The notes beneath the pieces are model-generated. The model was not told where the DNA came from. It did not search any database and was given only the letters and a program-made list of their open reading frames with translations. A stretch of DNA of 64,000 nucleotides, from positions 47,492,001 to 47,556,000 of the forward strand of contig NC_073383.1 of the NCBI RefSeq assembly GCF_028641065.1, in the 5' to 3' direction. This document shows, piece after piece, positions 38,180 to 51,750 of the stretch (the first letter of the stretch is position 1; the number at the start of each line of letters is the position of its first letter). This DNA comes from Leucoraja erinacea. Its lineage: Eukaryota. The position numbers and the translations under genes are program-made.

Positions 38180-40205
38180 AATAGTGTTGGGGATAAGCCC
38201 CCAAATCTGAATAAAGCACATAATAAAGGCATGATGGCTATGATGAATTGGGAAACTACATTAAAAACACAATGAACAAGCAATTCTAAAAATAGGGTTC
38301 ACAAGTAACAGATACCCCTTAAAGGCACAAGACAAACAGAAACAGAAAGATCAGTCTGAAGAAGGGTCTCGACCCGAAACGTCGCCTATCCCTCCTCTCC
38401 AAAAATGCTGCCTCACCTGCTAAGTTTATCCAGCATTTTTGTCTACCTTTGATTTTTCCAGCATCTGCAGTTCTTTTTTAAATGAGTGTTCTAACCAAGT
38501 TGTCAAGTTAAAAATAGCATTAGATTAAAGGAAAAGTCCAACAACTGTCCTAAAAAAGTGAGGCTTGGGGAAGATTTCAGAATTCAGCAAAGAATCAAGG
38601 AATTGATGAGGAAGGGGGAAGGAGAATATTAAAGTAGTCCATCAAGAAACAAGAGCAGGCTATAGAATCCTCCGTAAGGTATATACAAAGGAAAAGATCG
38701 GCTTAAGTTAATGTGTATTCCTTACAGACCGAGACAAAAGAAATGGCAGATAAATTAAATCAATATATTTACATCCATCTTTATGGCAGAAGCCACTGAG
38801 AATGTCATGGAAACAGAGCATTACAATGAATGGGTAGCTGAAAGAAACCAATGTAGGTGAACATTTTTTATTGAAGAGGTGGGAATGAAAGGCCATAAAT
38901 CTACAAGACTTGATGACCCAAATCTTAGGATACTAAAGGAGTTGACAATAAAAATTGTGGATCATCTCCTAAAATTCCATCAATACTAGAGTGGTTCTCT
39001 CAGATGGATTTTAGTAAATGGTAACCCACTTTAGGAACGAAGGAAAGGGAGAGAGATAATACAGAATTATAGACCAGTTGATCTATCATCAGTAAAAAGA
39101 GAAATACGGGAATCTATTGAGATAATTGTAATAGGGCACTAAGATTCAGGAAAATGTGAGGCGATCCACTTAGGAGAAATAAATTATGAAAAGGCTATAA
39201 GGAAGGTACAAAGTTAGGTCAATGGAGTGGGGAAAAAAAACTGTGAGACTGGTTGGGAAACTGTGAGATTGGCTGGGAAAATAAAAAAAAAATATTTGAA
39301 TGGTGAGAAATTGCAAAATTCTAAGATCTAGAGTAATCTGGGTGTGTTTGACTTACAATATACCTAGTATGCAGTAATTAGGAAAGTTAACAGAATGCTA
39401 TTGTTTATTTATGAGGAGAACTGAATGTAAAATAGTCAAGAGAGTCAAGAGTGTTTAATTGTACTGAAAACAGAACAATGGAATTTGTACTTGCTAACAA
39501 GCCTGTAACACTGTTATGCTGCTGATGGTTATGCTTTAGTTGTGGAGGACATTATTTAACAATGTGCAGAATAAATGATATTACTGCCAGCCGATAAAAG
39601 GCAGGTTGTCTTATGAGGTTAGGCTTGTTTCTGCTGATGTTTAATAGAGTAGGATACAACAACTGAAATATATAAGTGCTTGAGGGGTTGTATATTTCAT
39701 CTGGTTGGATGAATGTGGCGAGGAAATTCCCTCTGGTGGGAGAATCTAGCATTAAGGAATAAAGAATAAGACATAATCTAATAAAGATGTTGGTGACAAA
39801 TCTTTTTCTTTCATAACACAACTTTCACAGGTGACAGATTTGCCATTCAAGGAGAGACTGAGTAGACTGCGGCTGTATTCTCCAGAGGCTGGAAGATTAA
39901 GAGATCACATTGGCACATACAAAATTCTTAAAGGGCGCCACACATTAAATATGGGGTAAATGTTTCCACTTGCTGAGCGGTCTCGAATTAGAGGCACTGT
40001 ATCAGAAAATGTGGCAAATATGGTGCATATGTGGAATGAGCTACCAGTGGAAGTGGTAGACGTGGTCTAATAACTTGGATAGGCAAGATTTGGAGGGATG
40101 TTAACCAGGTGCAGGCAGGTGGGACGAGCTTGTTTAGGCAACATTATCAGCTTGGATGTGCTGGGCCGAAGGGCCCGTTTGCATTTTGTATAGTTCCATG
40201 ATTCT
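38180..40205 (+). mobile_element. Old, heavily decayed CR1 LINE, interrupted by a Penelope-tail element (38350-38480) and other inserts
   Basis: Residual motifs gaattatagaccagt (NYRPV) and a CR1 3' end tgggccgaagggcccgttt. Hammerhead-like core at 38356-38383. Confidence 0.6.
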
Positions 40206-41399
40206 ATATTCATCAACTCACTACCAATTCTCTGGTCTCCTACCCAAGGGTAAGGGATAATTTACAGTATCCACCCAGCATGAGTTTGGGAAGTGGGAGG
40301 AAACTGGAGCTCTTACAAGAATCCCACATGGCTTCAGGGAGAGCGTGCAAACTCTACGACCTCATTACCAGGACTCAGGATCAAACTCTGGTTGTAACAT
40401 TGATGAGGCAGCAGTGCAACCTGCTGTGCCATTGTCAGATTCAGAGCTAGGAGCTGCAAAGTAACAGAAATCATTCAAAATGCAAAGCCTCAAGCAAATG
40501 TGCAGAGGGCCTATAAAAAGGGTACGATTTGTTGTTTAAAGCCATTTGCACCCAAGAAATTGTATATATGCTTTTTGTTATGCAAGAATAGTCAAAATAT
40601 GATAGGAACAGATGATCACTATTTGGACTGAGGATATCTTGCCACAAATATTTTCATCACAACCTCAATCATCTTACCTGTGCTCCACAGAACTAGATTG
40701 CTATATATCAACCTGCCTAGGATACTTGTAGATTTTGGTCAGTATTCAATGAACCTGGGTCCAATCCTTCCATCGCTAGAGTTCTGTTTATGTGGATCAC
40801 AGCCAATCCACAAAGCCAGCTGAATTGAATAAACACATGAAGCCAAGATGTGTTTATCTTTGGCACAGACCACACACAATTCATGATCCAGAGTGTCTAT
40901 TTATTCTTTTGAATACGTGCAAAATATATTTCACAGCTGATTGCACTCAAGGAACTTCTATAGTGCGATTTACAATTAGAAAAGTACAGCAGGCAGCAGT
41001 GAAATAAACCAGACAGGTCCATTGCTAAAATGGGATTTGTTGTTTGCATTTTTGCATTTGTGTTAAAACTATGAATTACCAATTAAAATTAAAGGAGCAA
41101 TTTTAACTCACAGCCACAAATGGATGAAAGCACAACATCCCTAACTGGAAAAGTTATGGATCTGACAGTTAATAATGTGTGATCATCTGAAGACAAGCAG
41201 CAGCAGATGCTAGAATCTTGAGCAAAAATCAAACAGCTGGAGGAATACAGCGGGTCAGGCAGCATCTGTGGAGGGAATAGACAGACAACATTTTGGGTGG
41301 AACAACAGTAGTTGGAGGGATGATAAGGATCACTGTGTTCACCATCATTGAAGAATAATCAACAACAAAAGTGCATATGTACAACAATCAGGTAGAGTA

Positions 41400-41950
41400 G
41401 CTCACACCCATGAAATGTACATCCTGCACCAAGCAAAAACTCTTGGGTGTTTCCAGTGTCCCGATGACGTACAGAGTGTCATCAGATGAAACAATTTAAA
41501 GTCTAGGTTGTTAAGATCGAGCAAGATCTGTTGGTACTGTGGTCTACTCATGAGGCTGACAGGCTCAAGGAAGTATAGACTGAGAAACTGGACAACTTCC
41601 AACCAGTGTATAAAAGACCAAACAGATATTTTGGTGATCAACTTGCTCCTTTGCCAGTATTCACTCCCTAGGGAGTGCAGCCAGATCAAAACTACAGCAC
41701 TGTAAGTGGATCAAGTATATAAAGAGGGAGAAGGAAAGTCATTAGAGGCAGCAGAGATGTTTCTAAGGTGACAGGTAAGATTTCAGAATAGTATGTCACC
41801 TGCCTTGGTGACAGAATGAAAGATATCACTGAGCAGCTGCAGGACAATTTGTAGAAGAGTGAACAACCAGAGGCAATCTTCACATTGGTATTGGTGATGT
41901 GTAGAAAAAGGCTTGCAGGATGATTTAAAGTAATTGGGGGTGTTTAAGAA
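41400..41950 (+). pseudogene. Decayed CR1-type ORF1 relic (esterase-like region)
   Basis: Frameshifted peptide about VCHL/PGDRMKDITEQLQD...EQPEAILHIG, resembling CR1 ORF1 SGNH-esterase CLPGARVxDV...EQPEVVVHIGTND. Confidence 0.45.
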
Positions 41951-43082
41951 AGAACTGCAGATGCTGGAAAAACTCAACGGGTGAGGCAGATGCTGGAAAA
42001 ACTCAACGGGAGAGTTCCGTTGGGGGACCAGGCCTCCCGTAGGGGCTATGGGTGAGTGGTGGAATATTGCGTTGGGTTCCTCCCGTGTGACAGGGACCCA
42101 ATGGGTCCCACTTGGTCTAGCATATTACTAAAACTCTTATCTTATTTGTATGCGTGCATGCGTGTGAGGGTGATCCCAAAACGATGCCAAAAACGGTATA
42201 CGATAGCGCTACAATTTTTGGCCCACCTTACCATTGTCCAGGCGTGTGCTGTGGCATGTTTCGTTCTGATTGATGTTATATTTTACAAGTTATTACCATT
42301 TTAAACTTTACAAAAACTACTTTTACACAAATTGCTTTTCCACGCCCTGCCCGTTAGCCGTCACAGTGGGATCCCGAATATAATTTACATTAAAAATAAT
42401 GATTTTCAAAAAAATCTGTTTCAATCAAATTCTTCCGTTTTCATTCACAATGACATCACAATGAGGTCACGAATCTCATTTACATAAAAAAATTACGATT
42501 TAAAAAAGACTCAGTTTTAATCAAATTCTTGTGGGGAGGTTTCATTTAAAAACAAACAGCGATTTTTATTGTGGGGGGGTGGGGTTGGTGCGAGGTGAGT
42601 AGGGAGCAGTTTGCGCAGTTGGGGGCTATGGGTCAGTGGTGGAATATTGCCTCGGGGGATGGGGCAATATTCCACCTGGTCTAGTATCTATCTATCTTTC
42701 TATCTTCTATCTATCTATACATAACTAAAACTCCGATCTTGTACTCTTCTGGTTTGCGTGGTTTATCTCACTCACAAACTCCTCTGTCCCCTCCTCAAAG
42801 TAACTTGTCTACACTCTATCCCACCACCGGCGGTGGCCGTGGGGGGGAGGGTTCAGTGCAGGCCACAATCCCGTCTCTCTCTCCCTCACTCAACCCTTCA
42901 CCCGGCCCGCCTTCTGCGGCAATGGTGGTCCCGTCTACCCGCCCCCCAGGGTGAATGGCGGCGACCATCCCTCCTCCGCTGCCGCTACTGTAACTCACCC
43001 TCATGGCCCTCTTGGATGAGATCTCCACCAGCTCGTCGAAATTCGTGGGGCTCACCGTGCCGTACACCGACTCCACCACTCC

Positions 43083-43115
<33 letters not shown>

Positions 43116-43389
43116 ATGGCAAGGCCTGGAGGTGGCAGCGAGCAGGCAGGCAGGCAGGCAGGTAAGGCACATGTGAGCGGCAGCAGCGGCGGTCGGGCAG
43201 GACGGGGACGGGCCGAGTGGCGGCTGGGCTGAGGGAGGGAGTCAGGTTGCAGGGTGGCTGAGCAGTTTGTGAGAAGTTTGAGTAACACACACACGCACGA
43301 TACAGATTGATCCAATCGTTAAGTCAACGGGATCTAAACCACAGCGAACTATGAATGACCTGTGGAGGAAGGAACTGCAGATGCTGCTT

Positions 43390-43870
43390 TTTATGGAGGG
43401 AGGGAGACGTGAGGGAGGGATTGGGGAGAGGAGGAGGGAGAGGGGAAAGATCCTGGTGAGGTGAAGAGGGAGAATGGGGGATTGAAGGAGAGGAGAGGGT
43501 AGGGAGGGAGAGGGGGGAAGTGGGGGAGGTAGGGAGGGAGAGGGGGAAGTGGGGGAGGTGAGGAGGAAGAGTATGGGAGGAGAGGGGAGTGGGGGAGGTA
43601 GGGAGTGGGGAATAGAGGGAGAGGAGTGGAGTGGGGGGGGTGGGTCAGGTGGGCTAGTGGGGGGGGAGGATAGGCGGAGGTGAGGAGTGGGGGATAGAGG
43701 GGGTAGGAGGGGGGTAGGGAGTGGAGAGGAGTAGTGGAGGGAGGGAGGGTGATTGAGGTTAGGGGAAAGGAGAGGGAGAGATGAGGGAGGGATTGGGGAG
43801 GGGAGGAGAGGGGAAAGAAGAGGGAGGGTGAAGAGGAGGGGGAGGGAGTGCTGGGGATGAGGGGAGATGA
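43390..43870 (+). repeat. G/A-rich low-complexity tract inside a Helitron-like unit (a second tract at 45240-46340)
   Basis: Dense GGG/GGGG runs separated by A/T. Confidence 0.85.
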
Positions 43871-44179
43871 ACCGCGCCTGCGCAGTTGGGGGCTATGCGT
43901 GAGTGGTGGAATATCGCGTGGGGGAACGGGTTGCGTTGGGGGAACGGTTGAGTGGTAGAATATTGCGTTGGGGGAGCAGGCCCAACGGGTCTGCACAGTC
44001 TAGTATATATTACTAAAACTCTCATCATGTTTATTTGTATGCGTGCATGTGAGTGTGATCCCGAATCTACGCCAAAACAGTACACGATAGCGCTAAACAT
44101 TTTGGCCCATCTTACTCACCATTGTCCTGGGGTATGCTGTGGCAAGTTTCATTCAGATTGATGTTATATTTTACAAGTT

Positions 44180-44856
44180 TAAAAAAAATTGTGCAAGAAT
44201 AAAACATTCGGCATGTAAAATTATACAATTATTGTACTACTTCAATTTGGACATTTTAACCTGAAAATTAGAGAAAACAAGAGAGAAAGAACAAGAGAAG
44301 GAAAAGGTGAAAAATGAAAAGATAGGACCCCTTGACTACCAAAGTAATGTGGCCAAAGAGTGAGAGGTAAAGCAAAAAAGAAAAAAAAAGTAAAAAAGAA
44401 AAAAGTGGAGATATACCTGCCCTCGTCCCCCCCCCCCCCCCCCATAGTTGGAGGGTGGTCCATGTCTTGAAAGATTGATCTGGTCTTGAAACATTGATCT
44501 GCTGCAATACAAGCCTAATATTTTCCAAATGTAGTGTCTCGGACATGTTTGTAATCCACATTTTTACTGTAGGGGCCGATGTGTGTTTCCAAAATTTAAG
44601 TATTAATTTTTTTGCCGTTATCAGGCCATAATTAAGGAAACGTCTTTGAAATAGTGTTAGCTCAGAACAGGCTTCTGACGTACCTATAGTAATCAATTCT
44701 GTGTCGGGGTCCAATTTTATTTAAAGTATTTTAGAAAAAATTTCAAAAATTCCCCTCCAGAAATTATGTAGCTTTATACAGAAGGCAAAAGAATGAGTTA
44801 TGGTTTCTTCCTGAAGGAGACATTTATCACAAGTAGGGGAGACATTTGGGAAGATC
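44180..44856 (-). mobile_element. 5'-truncated L1-type insertion with a 16-bp TSD, nested in a Helitron-like unit
   Basis: ttatattttacaagtt at 44164-44179 and 44857-44872. ORF 44268-44714 is near identical to 25702-25974. Confidence 0.9.
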
Positions 44857-47125
44857 TTATATTTTACAAGTTATTCCCATTTTTAACTTAACATTTAAAC
44901 AGCGCCCTCACCACTTGCCCCGCCCCCACTTGCCCCATTTACTTGACTGGTATCAAAAAGGACACCCCACGGGTCCTCAGCGTTGCCTTTGCACAATTTC
45001 AGACCACCATCTTTTTTTCCTCGCCTCATGGACACAACGGCTCCATGGGTAAGTTTCCTTTAATTTTACTGCTGCTCCAGGCTCGCAGGGATCCAGGGCC
45101 TTGGCGCTTAGGCTGGGGCTGGGTCTGCGGCGCTGCTGCTGCTCCAGGTCTGGGGGCGTGGAGAGGCCGTGTTGAGGATCCGGGACTCGGGCGCTGAGGC
45201 TGGCTCTGGCGGTTGGCGGCGCTGCTGCTCCGGGCCCACAAGGAGGGAGAGGAGCCGGACCTTCGTGATCCTGAGGAGGTGAGGAGGGAGAGTGGGGCGA
45301 TTGGGGAAGAGGAGGGCAGTGGGCGAGGTGAGGAGGGAGGTGGGGGATAGAGGGATAGGAGGGGGGTAGGGAGGGGGAGAGGGGTTATGGAGGGAGGGAG
45401 GGAGGGAGGGAGGGAGTGACTGAGGATAGGGGAAAGGAGAGGCTGGGAGAGGTGAGGGAGGAGTGGTGGAGCTGAAGGATAGAGGGAGAGGAGGGGGGGT
45501 AGGGAGGGGAACGTGAGGGAGGTGTTGAGGGAGCGTGGGGGTAGGAGGGGGGGGGATAGAGGGAGAGAGGACGGGGGAGTGGGAGAAGTAGGGAGTGGGG
45601 GATAGAGGGAGAGGAGGGCAGTGGGGGAGGTGAGGAGGGAGAGTGGGATGAGGGAGATGAGGAGTGGGGGAGCAGGGAGATAGAGGGAGAGGAGATGGGT
45701 AGGGAGGGAAGGGCGGGGAGAGCTGCGCCTGGAATCCGGGGCCTGGGCGCTGATGCTGGGTCTGGGGGCGGCGGCGTTGTTGTTGCCCCGAGCTCGGGCT
45801 GCGATGAGAGACCCGCGCGGGGGATCCGGGGCCTGGACACTGACCCTGGGGCTAGGGGCGGCGGCGCTGCTGCTCCCGGGCCCGCGTGGAAGGATAAGAG
45901 CGGGACCCATGAGATCCTGGGGAGGTGAGGAGGAAGAGTGGGGGGAATGAGTGAGAGAAGGGGGTAGGGAGGGAGAGGGAGGGAAAAGTGATGGAGGTGT
46001 GAAGGGAGTGTGGGGGAGGCGGGGGGGGGATAGGGGGAGAGCAGGGGGAGGTAGGTAGTGGGGGATAGAGAAGGGCAGTGGGGGAGGCGAGGAGGGAGAG
46101 TGGGTGGGTGGGATGGGGGAGGTGAGGAGTGGGGGAGGTGGGGGATAGAGGGATAGGAGGGGGGAAGAGAGGGCAGTGGGGTAATGGAGGGTGGGATGGA
46201 GTGACTGACGGTAGGGGATGGGAGGGAGGGATAGGTGAGGGAGGGAGTGGGGAGGGGTGGAGGAGAGGGGAAAGAAGAGGGAAGGTGAAGAGGAGGGAGA
46301 GGGAGTGGTGGAATGGAGGAGGATAAAGGTAGGAAGAGGGATGGCGAGGCGCAGTTGGAGGAGGGTTGCCGTGACTCATGTCACAATGGGGATCGCTAGC
46401 GGGAACACGTCAGCCGTGCTTACGCAGTTGGGGCTATGGGTGAGTGGTGGAATATTGAGTTGGGCGACTGCGCCCAACGGGTCCGCACCTGGTCCAGTAC
46501 ATATATATTACTGAAAGATTTTGCATTTTAACAGATGAAGACTGCAAGATGTGACGCTTAGTCACTACATTTGCCAGAAAATTTAATATTTATCCACTTA
46601 CGTCACTGAATTTTTGGGCGTTAACTCTTTGGGATAAATATTCGGTCTAGATGCTATAAGGACTTTCTCAAATTTCTCAGGAGGTCCCTGTGTCTACCTC
46701 TGACATGTGCTTAAGCCCACAGCCATTGATTCTACCTTGTCATCTACCTACTGTCTGCATGGTGTGCTGATAGTTTCCTCTAAATAAAACCATCTGGACA
46801 GCTGCTGCAGACTTCCCATATTGTGAGCCTACACCAAGTTATATCCTGCGCAGGTACACAAATAATTGCGAGATATTAGTTACCAAGAGAACGTGCGGCC
46901 CTTTTCACTTTTGTTAAATAGTGTTTGATTTATTTGCTTAAATAAAAGTTAAAAACCTTTTACATTTATTTCCACTTTTAGAAAAAACGCCTGATTTTGA
47001 CTGTTTGAAAGGCATTTGATAATGGTGACATCTCTGACACTAAGTGAGCCTGGGAACATAGCAGGCCGCCAAGGCCACCTTTAGTGCAGCAGGCAGTTTC
47101 GACAAAGCCCCTAAACACTATATTG

Positions 47126-48443
47126 CCTGACGATGCCACAGTTGTGAGACGAATTACAGATGGTGATGAGTCAGAGTATAGAAGTGAGATCGACCGACTG
47201 ACCATATGGTGCCAGCACAACAACCTGGCTCTCAATATCAGCAAAAGGGGAAGGTTGAGGACCCACAATCCTGTTTACATCAATGGGACAATGGTGGAGA
47301 GACTCAAACATTTCAAATTTCTGGGCGTGCATATTTCCGACGATCTTTCCTGGACCAGCTCACTGATGCAATCATAAAGAAAGCACATCAGCGCCACTAC
47401 TTCCTGAGAAGATCACGGAGATTCGGTATGTCAAAGAGGATTCTCTTGAACTTCTACAGGTGCACAGCAGAGAGCATATTGACTGGACCTGAACGTCCAG
47501 GAGCCGAAAGGACTGCAAAAAGTTGTAAGCACTGTCCAGGCCATCACCGGCTCTGACCTCCCCACCATCGAAGGGATCTATCGTGGTCGCTGCCTCAAAA
47601 ATGCAGCCAACATCATTAAAGACCCACACCATCCTGGCCACACACTCATCTCACCACTGCCATCGAGAAGAAGATACAGGAGCTTGAGAACTGTAATGTC
47701 CAGGTTCAGGAACAGCTTCTTCTTTGTATTAAACACTACAACCACCGGATCACTTACAAAATCCTGATCCTCACCTACAAAGCCCTCCACCATCTGGCCC
47801 CCCCCATATCTCACTGACCTCCTCTCCCCCTACCAACCCTCACGGTCCCTCAGATCCACATCAGCCGGTCTCCTCTCCATCCACAAATCCAACCTCCAAA
47901 GTTTTGGGGACAGAGCCTTCTCCAGGGCAGCTCCCAGGCTCTGGAACTCCTTCCTCCAACTGATCCGCAATTCCATGTCCCTCACCATCTTCCAGTCCCG
48001 CCTCAAGACCCATCTCTTCACCTCTGTCTATCCTTAGCCCCACGTCCCCCTCCCTTTTCATCTGTGCATTAATTCCCTCGTATTGTGTTTTGAATTGAAT
48101 TCTGTCTTTACTTTGTGTACTAGTCATGTCTCTACTATTTATTTCAATCCCCTTACGTGTTTTTCCTCTACTTGCTAAATTTTTGTAAGGTGTCCTTGAG
48201 ACTCTTGAAAGGCACCCATAAATAAAATGTATTATTATTATTATTACAACCTCATAAGCTATGAACTACAATAGGCTATTATTATTATTATTATTATTAT
48301 TATTGCACTGTTATTGTTTGGGGGGTTTTTCTGAGTTTTTGTTATATTTTTTATTATGATTACATATTCTGTTGTGCTGCAGCAGGTAAGGATTTCATTG
48401 TTCTATCTGGGACATATGACAATAAAACAATACACTGGTCTTG
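47126..48443 (+). mobile_element. Rex1/Babar 3' fragment split by an L2 insertion
   Basis: DDATVV...WCQHNNLALN...[14 protein letters not shown]. The sequence resumes after 48246 and ends in ctatctgggacatatgacaataaa, the same tail as the 4036-7335 element. Confidence 0.8.
47737..48246 (+). mobile_element. L2 LINE 3' end
   Basis: RITYKILILTYKALHHLAP...RSLRS...RAFSRAAPRLWNS; 3' stem-loop aaggtgtccttgagactcttgaaaggcacc and a (tta)n tail. Confidence 0.85.
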
Positions 48444-48444
48444 A

Positions 48445-51293
48445 CAAAATGGGAGTATAAGGATGGAGTTAAAGGGTAAGTGAGTACAGGAAAAGTTACA
48501 AAAGACTCCCGAATTAATGGGAAGGAAAGTTCGAGAAAGGATAAGAGAGTAAGGTCAGGGCCAATAGTGAGAGGGGAGGTGAATACTGAAGTTAAAGTGT
48601 TGTATATGAATGCGCGAAGTATAAGAAATAAAGTGGATGAGCTTGAGGCTCAGTTAGAGACTGGCAAGTTTGATGTTGTGGGAATTACAGAGACACGGCT
48701 GCAAGAGGACCGGGGCTGGGAACTGAATATTCCTATCGAAAAGAGAGACAGGTGGGCAGAGGGGATGGGATCGCTCTGTAGGTAAGGAATGCAATTCAGT
48801 CCCTTGCGAGGGATGACAGAAAATCAGGAGATGTAGAGTCAGTAAGGATAGAACTAAAGAAATGTAAGGGTAAAAATACCCTAATGGGAGTTACCTACAG
48901 GCCCCCAAACAGTAGCCTGGATACAGGGTGCAAGTTGAATCAAGTTAAAATTGGCATGGAGAAAAGGTAATGCTACAGAGGTTATGGGAGATTTCAACAT
49001 GCAGGTAGATTGCGAAAATCATGTTGATGCTAGACCCCAAGAAAGTGAGTTTGTGGAGTGCCTCCGAGATGGATTCTTAGAGCAGCTTGTACTGGAGCCA
49101 ACCAGGGAGAAGAGAATTCTGGATTTAGTGTTGTGTAATTAACTGGATTTGATAAGGGAACTCCAGGTGAAGGAGCAATTAAGAGGTAGTGACCATAATA
49201 TGATAAGTTGTAATCTACAATTTGAGAGGGAGAAGGGAAAATCGGAAGTGTCAGTATTACAGTTGAGCAAAGGGGACTATGGAGGCATGAGGGAGGAGCT
49301 GGCTAAAGTTGACTGGAAAAATACCCTAGCAGGGATGACAGAGGAACAACAATGGCAGGTATTTCTGGGAATAATACAGAAGGTGCAGGATCAGTTCATT
49401 CAAAGAAGAAGAAAGATTCCAAGGGGAGTAAGAGGCGATTGTGGCTGACAAGGAACATCAGGGACAGTATAAAATAAAAGAGAAGTACAATGTAGCAAAG
49501 ATGAGTGGGAAGCAAGAGGATTGGGTAATGTTTAAAGAGCAACAGAGGATAACTAAAAAGGCAATATGGGGAGAAAAGATGAGGTTCGAAGGTAAGCTTG
49601 CTAAAAATATAAAGGAGGATAGTAAAAGTTTCTTTAGGTATGTGAAGAGGAAAAAATTAGTTAAGACAAATGTGGGTCCCGTGAAGACAGAAACTGGTGA
49701 ATTTATTATGGGGAACAAGGAAATGACAGACGATTTGAACAGGTACTTTGGATGTGTCTTCACAAAGGGAGACACAAACAATCTCCCAGATGTACTGGTG
49801 GCCAGAGGACCTAGGGTGACACAGAGGAACTGAAGGAATTTCACATTAGGCAGGAAATGGTGTTGGGACTGAAGGTTGATAAATCCCCAGGGCCTGATGG
49901 TCTGCATCCCAGGGAGGTGGCTCTAGAAATCGTGGACGCATTGGTAAATATTTTCCAATGTTCTATAGGTTCAGGATCAGTTCCTGTGGATTGGAGGGTA
50001 GCTAATGTTATCCCACTTTTAAAAAAATTAGGGAGAGAGGAAACAGGGAATTATAGACCAGTTAGCCTGACATCGATGGTGGTGAAGATGCTGGAGTCAA
50101 TTATAAAAGGTGAAATACCGGCACATCTGGATAGCAGTAACAGGATTGGTTCAAGTCAGCATGGATTTACGAAGGGGAAATCATGCTTGACTAATCTTCT
50201 GAAATTTTTTGAGGATGTTACCAGGAAAATGGAGAAGGGAGAGCCAGTGGATGTAGTGTACCTGGACTTTCAGAAAGCCTTTGATAAGGTCCCACATAGG
50301 AGATTAATGCGCAAAATTAGAGCACATGGTATTGGCAGGTAGGGTACTGACATGGATAGAAAATTGGGTGTCAGGCAGGAAACAAAGAGTAGGGATTAAC
50401 GGGTCCCTTTTAGAATGGCAGGCAGTGACTAGTGGGGTACCACAAGGCTTGGTGCCGCAGCTATTTACATTATACATTAATGATTTAGATGAAGGGATTA
50501 AAAGTAACATTAGCAAATTTGCAATGACACAAAGCTGGGTGGCAGTGTGAACTGTGTGGAGGATGCTATGAGGATGCAGGGTGGCTTGGACAGGTTGGGT
50601 GAGTGGGCAGATGCATGGCAGATGCAATTTAATGTGGATAAATGTGAGGTTATCCACTTTGGTGGCAAGAACAGGAAGGTATTATCTGAATGGTAAACAC
50701 AAAATGCTGGAGAAAAACCTTTGATTTAAACCAGCATCTGCAGTTCTTTCTTACACACAATATCAGAAAAGTGGAAGTACAATGAGATCTGGGTGTCCTT
50801 GTACATCTGTCACTGAAAGTAATCATGCAGGTACAGCAGGCAGTGAAGAAAACTAATAGCATGTTGGCCGTCAAAAACAAGAGTTGAGTATAGGAGCAAA
50901 TAGGTCCTTCTGCAGTTGTACAGGGCCCTGATGTGACCACACCTGGAGTATTGTGTGCAGTTTTGGTCTCCAAATTTGAGGAAGGACATTCTTGCTATTG
51001 CTAATGGTAGGCCATTAAGAACAGAGATGCAGAATTTTTTTTTCACCCAGAGAGTTGTGAGTCTGTGGAATTCTCTGCCTCAGAAGGCAGTGGAGGCTGA
51101 TTCTCTGGATGCTTTCAAGAGAGAGTTAGAGAGCTGTTAAAGATAGAGTAAGATAAAGATAGAGTCAAGGGATATAGGGAGAAGGCAAGATCGCAGTACT
51201 GATTTTGAATGATCAGCCATGATCACAGTGATCATGATCACAAGATCACTGGCTCGAAGGGCTGAATGGCCTACTCCTGCACCAATTGTCTAT
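48445..51293 (+). mobile_element. CR1 LINE ORF2 (APE plus RT), largely complete but decayed
   Basis: VLYMNARSIRNK, VVGITET, MGDFN, GSDHN, KSPGPDG, NYRPVSLTS, GKSCLTNL, YLDFQKAFDKVPH, SGVPQG, and a CR1 3' end. Small Penelope-tail insert at ~50695-50760. Confidence 0.92.
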
Positions 51294-51480
51294 AAGAAGC
51301 CTACAGCCAATCTTAATTAAAATGAATAGTATTATGCACGCACCACTGACCAATAACATGAAAATATTTTAATTACCCTCATCTTTGATTTCCACACAAC
51401 TTGCTATACTCAGCTGAACTTGAACAAAAAGTTGACAATAACTCTAGAAATGTTTTATGATGGTCAAAACACTAAATTAC

Positions 51481-51750
51481 CTGTCTGAAGAGTAATTCCT
51501 GTTGTTCAGCCTGTCTCTTTCTTTGTTCCAGCTCCAGTTCCTGTTGCTCTCGCTGATCATCTTCTTCATCACTTTCAATTGGTTCTTGTTTGACCTGTAC
51601 CACTTTGGTCACAGTTGCTGACTCATTTTCGTTCATACTTCTGTCAGAATACTGTTCTTCTGGCATGGCTTGATGTTCTCTGAGCTCCTCTTCTGTTTCT
51701 TCGGGGTGACTTTCATGCTGCCTGGGTTGTTCACTAGGCTTTGGAATCAG
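51481..51750 (-). CDS. HDAC4: HDAC4 internal coding exon (270 nt, phase 0-0): [27 protein letters not shown]...[13 protein letters not shown]...QQELLFRQ
   Basis: Translation matches the recalled human HDAC4 segment [27 protein letters not shown]...[14 protein letters not shown]...QELLFRQ. Acceptor tttgacag| and donor |gtaatt on the minus strand. Contains the VKQE SUMO consensus. Confidence 0.95.

Larger units (their letters stand above)
42010..46497 (+). mobile_element. Head-to-tail array of four related non-autonomous Helitron-like units
   Basis: Each unit ends in ggggctatgggtgagtggtggaatattgc, then a GC hairpin, then CTAG (42117, 42681, 44000; CCAG at 46494). The next unit begins with (ta)tattactaaaactc. 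Confidence 0.7.

Noticed and set aside
43391-46379. Long proline-rich ORFs (201, 294, 151 and 175 aa) on the minus strand
   Set aside because: They are translations of C-rich low-complexity DNA, which lacks stop codons for compositional reasons, and show no domain signal.
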